Assembly (NCBI GenBank): GCA_965263355.1 | Contig: CBDHHL010000056.1 | Location: forward strand, 1,120,001-1,184,000 | DNA length: 64,000 bases | Reading direction: 5' to 3' | Source: Leptolyngbyaceae cyanobacterium | GTDB lineage: Bacteria; Cyanobacteriota; Cyanobacteriia; Phormidesmidales; Phormidesmidaceae | Part shown: positions 59,347 to 64,000 of the stretch, piece by piece | How the letters are laid out: each line of letters begins with the position of its first letter | Numbering within the stretch: position 1 is the first letter of the stretch | Program-made: the position numbers and the translations under genes | Notes under the pieces: generated by a model | Database searches by the model: none | What the model saw: the letters and a program-made list of their open reading frames with translations, nothing else | Told to the model about the DNA's origin: nothing

Positions 59347-62028
59347 ATGCGTCGTTTTTGCCTGAGGTTACTGACCCGACGGACCTTTACGATTCTCTGC
59401 AGTTTAAGCCTCCTAGTCACCCTTTGGGTCGGTCATCCTTTCAAAAAGACGGCACCACTGGCCCAGGCGCAAGATGTGCGTCAGTTAGTGCAAACAGGGG
59501 TGGATTATTACCAAACTGGAGACTTTATCGCCGCCATTGACCCATGGCTGACCGCCTATGGTGTCTATCAAGCGAGCCAGGATCTGCCTGCCCTGGCTAT
59601 TGTCAGCGAAAATCTAGCACGGGCTTATCAACAAATGGGGCGTACCCCAGAAGAAATTACCTACTGGCAGCAGGCCATAACAGTGATTGAGCGGCTGGGG
59701 GATCGCCAAAAACTAGGGCGCTTATTAACGGAGGAAGCACAGGCCTATAGCCGTTTGGGGCAGCATCGCCGTGCCATTACCCTCCTATGTGGTACGGCTC
59801 CCGATGCAGGTGACTGTCAGCCTAATAGTGCCTTAAGGTTAGCCCAGGATACGGCGGACCCATTGGGCCAGATAACAGCTTTAGGGAGTTTAGGAGAAGC
59901 GTATCGGTCAAGCGGCAATCTGGACATTGCCGAAGATTATCTGATGGCAGGATATGCCATTGGTCGTAACCTGGATAATCAAATTCTGGTCGCCTCGCTG
60001 CTGAATGGTTTAGGTAACATATCCGCTAATGTTGCCCTGATCAATGATCGACGGGCAGAGGAATCCCTGGATCGGGGTGATACAAACCTGGCTATAGCCC
60101 TCGAAGCTAACGCTAACACTGACAATGCCAAAGCCATTAATTACTTTTTAGAAAGCTATACCCTGGGCGTTAACAATCAGCGTAATGACATCCAGCTCTA
60201 TGCCTTGCTCAATTTGATCCCGGCCTATGAACGCGCCGGGGATACTGCGGCAGTGGAGACGTATCGAGGGTTGGCGATCAACGTACTACAACAGCTGCCC
60301 GATGCAAAGCCTAAAGCCTTTGCCGCTATTAAGTTAGCTGATTTCTTAGATCCTCCTGAAGTACGGCGATCGCAACGTACCTTGAGTGCTACACCTATGC
60401 CATCTGCTGACCTAGAAGCCCAAGCAATTGCCCTATTAGAGCAGGCCCGTGATATTGGTGAAACAATCGATAATCCTCGGCTTGTGTCCTTTGCCCTGGG
60501 TAAGCTGGGGACATTGGACGAGCGTGCTGGTCGCTATGATGCGGCGCTAGAAAAAACACAGCAGGCTCGCTTTGCTGCCGATCAAGACCGGGCGGCCCAG
60601 GATAGTCTCTACTTGTGGGAATGGCAGTTGGGACGTATTTACAATGCCTTAGGCAAGCAAGAGGATGCCAGTCAGGCCTATGGTCAGGCCGTATCCGTAT
60701 TAGATGAAATCCGCAGTGATATTCTCAGCGCCAATCGAGATCTACAGTTTGATTTTCGCGATACGGTAGAACCGCTTTATCGTCAGTATGCAGAGCTGAG
60801 TCTGGCAGATGTCCCTAAAAGAAAAACCCTCAAACAAAAGGACCCTACATTTAAAGACCTTGAAACTGCACTAACCACCCTTAACTCACTTAAAGTGGCT
60901 GAATTGCAGAGTTATTTTGCCAATGACTGTGTCATTGTCCCCGCTGAAATCCGTGCGGATGAGGTGACTCAGAATACACCTACAGGCGTATTGAGTACAG
61001 CGATTTCAGACAAAGGATTGACGGTCATCTTAAGTTTGCCGGATGGTGGCCGCAAGGTTGTCCCTATTCTGGAGTCTGAAGCGGTAGTAGAGGCCACAAT
61101 TAATGAGTTTCGCAAAAGTTTAGAGCTTGGCAGCAGGGATTATACATTTAAAGATCGAGAAGCAATACAGCTGTATAGATGGTTGATTGCCCCCTTTGAG
61201 GAAGACCTTAAGGCAACGGGTGTGGAGACTCTGGTGTTTGTCAATGATGGTCTCTTGCGAAGCGTACCAATGGCAGCTTTGTATGACGGTCAGCAGTATT
61301 TAATTGAAAAATATGCGGTTGCAACCACACCCAGCCTCACCTTGACCACACCCAAAAAGGTAGAACGAGGCAAGCTAAATGCATTACTAGTCGGTGTGAG
61401 TGAGCCTTCACAACTACCTGAAAAGACATTTATTCCCTTACCTGCAGTGAATAAAGAGTTAGAGGATTTGTCAAAACAACTGCCCGATAGCACGATTTTG
61501 TTAAATCAGGATTTTTCCATTGAGGCAGTTCAACAGACACTGGCAGCAAAGGATTATCGCATTTTGCACATGGCTACCCATGGTGAATTTGGCTTTGCCC
61601 CGGAGAACAACTTTATTATTGCCGGTGCCAAACAAACTGGTGAGCTAAGTAGCTATAACCAAAAGCTAACCATCAGTCAGTTAGATGCGTTAATTCGCGA
61701 AATTAATGACCCTACCCGCGAACCGATTGAATTACTCACACTATCTGCTTGCGAAACCGGGATTGGTGATAATCGTTCTACCCTGGGGTTAGCAGGGGTG
61801 GCTGTCCGGGCAGGGGTACGCAGTGCTATCGCTACCCTGTGGACCGTCAGCGACAATTCCACCGCTGAAGTCATGGCTAACTTTTATGAAAAGTTGCAGG
61901 AACCATCATTGACTAAGGCCCAGGCACTACAACAGGCGCAGCTGGCTATGTTACAGTCCGATGACGGTAGTGGTAAGTCTCATCCATACCGCTGGGCACC
62001 GTTTATTCTGATTGGGAACTGGCTATAG
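59347..62028 (+). CDS. Exported TPR + CHAT (caspase-like) domain protein
   Basis: Signal-like N-terminus ending AQA, TPRs, ILHMATHG and LTLSACETG His/Cys dyad, HPYRWAPFILIGNW. Confidence 0.93.
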   Translation: MRRFCLRLLTRRTFTILCSLSLLVTLWVGHPFKKTAPLAQAQDVRQLVQTGVDYYQTGDFIAAIDPWLTAYGVYQASQDLPALAIVSENLARAYQQMGRTPEEITYWQQAITVIERLGDRQKLGRLLTEEAQAYSRLGQHRRAITLLCGTAPDAGDCQPNSALRLAQDTADPLGQITALGSLGEAYRSSGNLDIAEDYLMAGYAIGRNLDNQILVASLLNGLGNISANVALINDRRAEESLDRGDTNLAIALEANANTDNAKAINYFLESYTLGVNNQRNDIQLYALLNLIPAYERAGDTAAVETYRGLAINVLQQLPDAKPKAFAAIKLADFLDPPEVRRSQRTLSATPMPSADLEAQAIALLEQARDIGETIDNPRLVSFALGKLGTLDERAGRYDAALEKTQQARFAADQDRAAQDSLYLWEWQLGRIYNALGKQEDASQAYGQAVSVLDEIRSDILSANRDLQFDFRDTVEPLYRQYAELSLADVPKRKTLKQKDPTFKDLETALTTLNSLKVAELQSYFANDCVIVPAEIRADEVTQNTPTGVLSTAISDKGLTVILSLPDGGRKVVPILESEAVVEATINEFRKSLELGSRDYTFKDREAIQLYRWLIAPFEEDLKATGVETLVFVNDGLLRSVPMAALYDGQQYLIEKYAVATTPSLTLTTPKKVERGKLNALLVGVSEPSQLPEKTFIPLPAVNKELEDLSKQLPDSTILLNQDFSIEAVQQTLAAKDYRILHMATHGEFGFAPENNFIIAGAKQTGELSSYNQKLTISQLDALIREINDPTREPIELLTLSACETGIGDNRSTLGLAGVAVRAGVRSAIATLWTVSDNSTAEVMANFYEKLQEPSLTKAQALQQAQLAMLQSDDGSGKSHPYRWAPFILIGNWL

Positions 62029-62052
62029 CCTGCCTGCCCATTCCCCATCGCC

Positions 62053-62922
62053 CTAAGGCGCAGGCGTAGTTGCTGCGACAATCGCTAAAATATCCTGCCG
62101 TAACGGGTCAGATTCGGGACTAATGCTATTGGCTAAATCAGATAACAGTCCACCACGGGTTTGTTGAGCCGTTAATGTGGTTGCCTCGGCCACCTCTGCG
62201 ATCGCATTGTACCAAATGCCTGCTTGACCATAGGCGAGGGCCCGTTCAGCATCTGTTGTTGCTGTTGATAATGCCTGAGACAGGGTAGCAGTTGGAGCCA
62301 CTACTTCAAACGATAACTCTTGGACCAACGAGCGAGATGGATAGGCCGGGTTACACTCAACAATGACCTGCCAGCGATAATTTACCCCTGGAGAAAGCGC
62401 CTTCTCTGTTTGGGGTAGCTGATATTTAAAAAATCCAGCCGTATAGTCCAAACTTTCTTCGAAAATGGGAATGGGGGTATTGGCCTCGTTGGGCTCCAGA
62501 AGTCTAAAAATGATCGTAAATGGAGTTTCTGACTCGGGTAGGTACCAAACAAATTCTGGATGAGTAGACACTGTTTGACCCATCACAAGTTCTGTATCCT
62601 TAGGCCCCAGAGTAGTAAATGTGGTGTCGGTCAAACCCAAACAACCGCCGTAGCGCGAACCGCCTGGGGTAGCTGGCCCCCGTAAGGGTCTGGCATCTTT
62701 AGGAGGCGTAAAGTAGGTTCCCGCTGTTATGGTGGGCATGTCACCTGCGTCCGCGTCTTCGGGGGGGATAAACGCATCGTTTTCAGTTGTCAGCGCAAAA
62801 TCCAGCTTAGAACTTGGTAAGGTTTGCTCTACCTGAAGGCTGAATGGCGTAGCCTCACCTCCCAGTAACAAGAGAACTGGCGTTACAACGAGCAGAGCAG
62901 ATGTAAGTTTGGTGACAACCAT
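62053..62922 (-). CDS. DUF928 domain exported protein
   Basis: Signal-like N-terminus, GGSR..GC, T.STHP.F.WY.P, YRWQV...C, Y..AGIWY.A; ATG 62922 preferred. Confidence 0.85.
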   Translation of the reverse strand: MVVTKLTSALLVVTPVLLLLGGEATPFSLQVEQTLPSSKLDFALTTENDAFIPPEDADAGDMPTITAGTYFTPPKDARPLRGPATPGGSRYGGCLGLTDTTFTTLGPKDTELVMGQTVSTHPEFVWYLPESETPFTIIFRLLEPNEANTPIPIFEESLDYTAGFFKYQLPQTEKALSPGVNYRWQVIVECNPAYPSRSLVQELSFEVVAPTATLSQALSTATTDAERALAYGQAGIWYNAIAEVAEATTLTAQQTRGGLLSDLANSISPESDPLRQDILAIVAATTPAP

Positions 62923-63365
62923 GATTAATAATCGGGAATACAACCTAAAGAAATGATCCAATACATTCGGTTGATATTTCAAGACACTGTCTGTGGAGTA
63001 CTGAAAACAGTTTGTTGTTTGCTCCGTACTCGGCCTTGACGTTGTAAGCGATGGCAGTAACGTATTACACGAATACTCCAATACACAACGGTAACGATTA
63101 GCAGGATTGTACTTAACCAATGTAACCAAGGCCAGTGCAAACCGAGACGAGTCAGTGTAAATACGGCAATATCATCAACAAAGTTTAAAGCTAGCAATAA
63201 GCTTTTGTGAATTAAGCCAGTGAGGTTACTAAATTGCATGATGTCAAGGTCCAGGTCACAATTGCCATAACTTTAAGCAAGTTGACCGATGTAATCAGCT
63301 ACAAAATCCGCCAATTGAATTACGGAAAACGGGTAAATTGCCTTGCACATATGTGCAAAGTAGCG

Positions 63366-64000
63366 TTAACCCAGCCAACGTTTCCAGACTGGTTGCTGGG
63401 TAGGCCAGCGGAGTTCACACCGCACTCCCTTAGGGGTGATATTGACCCGTTGAAACTGGCCATTGAGACTCCGGGCTAATGTTTGAGCCTGGCGGGTGCC
63501 ATACCCTTGGGTCTTTGAGACCGTTATGTTCTGTATACCTTCACCGTTATCGATTACTTTAAGGACATTAGTGCCGTTTTGCTGACGGCAGTCGATGGTC
63601 AATCGGGTAGTAGTTTTGGCATATTTTTTGACATTGATCAGCGCTTCTTCTAAAAAGCGACCCAGATTGCGCTTTTGAGCCATGCTCAGGTGTTCATCTG
63701 CCAGGGGTTCAAAGGCAACGATTTTGAGAATCGGTGTAAAGAAATCGGGATCCCGTTCCAGGGTAATTTGATAAGCTTCTCGGAACAGCTCATGCAGGGG
63801 CAGTTGCAAATCTACACTTTTTTGGCCAGTCAATACGAGCTGCTCAGTCGACGACAGCATTTCTTGCTGCATAGCATCGTATACGTCCCGCAGCTCCTGA
63901 TTGAGATTGCTCAGGTCTGTACGTAATGCGGCGGGGGCAGATTGGTTGACGGGCCAGCGACTAAGCATGCTAGCCAGGGTTTGCAGGGGACCATTATGAA
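63366..64000 (-). CDS. C-terminal part of a sensor histidine kinase (HisKA_3-like H-box, HATPase); N-terminus lies outside the window
   Basis: Frame is open to the window edge: HNGPLQTLA, FLEEALINV.K, DNGEG, GYGT.QA. Confidence 0.85.
   Translation of the reverse strand, partial: HNGPLQTLASMLSRWPVNQSAPAALRTDLSNLNQELRDVYDAMQQEMLSSTEQLVLTGQKSVDLQLPLHELFREAYQITLERDPDFFTPILKIVAFEPLADEHLSMAQKRNLGRFLEEALINVKKYAKTTTRLTIDCRQQNGTNVLKVIDNGEGIQNITVSKTQGYGTRQAQTLARSLNGQFQRVNITPKGVRCELRWPTQQPVWKRWLG

Overview
This is a chromosomal window from a cyanobacterium: I counted about 20 HIP1 octamers (GCGATCGC), and it carries cyanobacteria-type genes such as a PatA regulator, a CyaB1-type cyclase, Uma2, a pentapeptide-repeat protein and a PTPA-CTERM protein. 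The backbone is housekeeping: trmFO, alaS, lysS, purC, bamA-lpxC-fabZ-lpxA-lpxB, exbB/exbD, eno, gloA, clpB and rsmE. Signalling genes and a PPIase-HlyB-HlyD type I secretion operon are interspersed. The most interesting parts are: (1) an accessory module at 20.3-24.6 kb, where a small helical protein with an N/Q/G-rich, amyloid-like tail sits directly upstream of an NB-ARC/TPR NLR-like gene; its 11 near-identical 126-bp repeats vary at only a few codons; (2) a TpsB / exported TPR-CHAT protease / DUF928 / sensor-kinase cluster at 56.7-64 kb that hides two tandem ~47-aa signal-peptide-like ORFs missing from the ORF track; (3) a five-GAF cyanobacteriochrome-like kinase in which no GAF keeps the canonical bilin-binding Cys; (4) a GIY-YIG nuclease with a predicted membrane anchor; (5) several small dispersed repeat/MITE families, some of which supply stop codons to core genes. 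No rRNA, tRNA or CRISPR array was seen. All calls come from reading motifs by eye; no database search was run.
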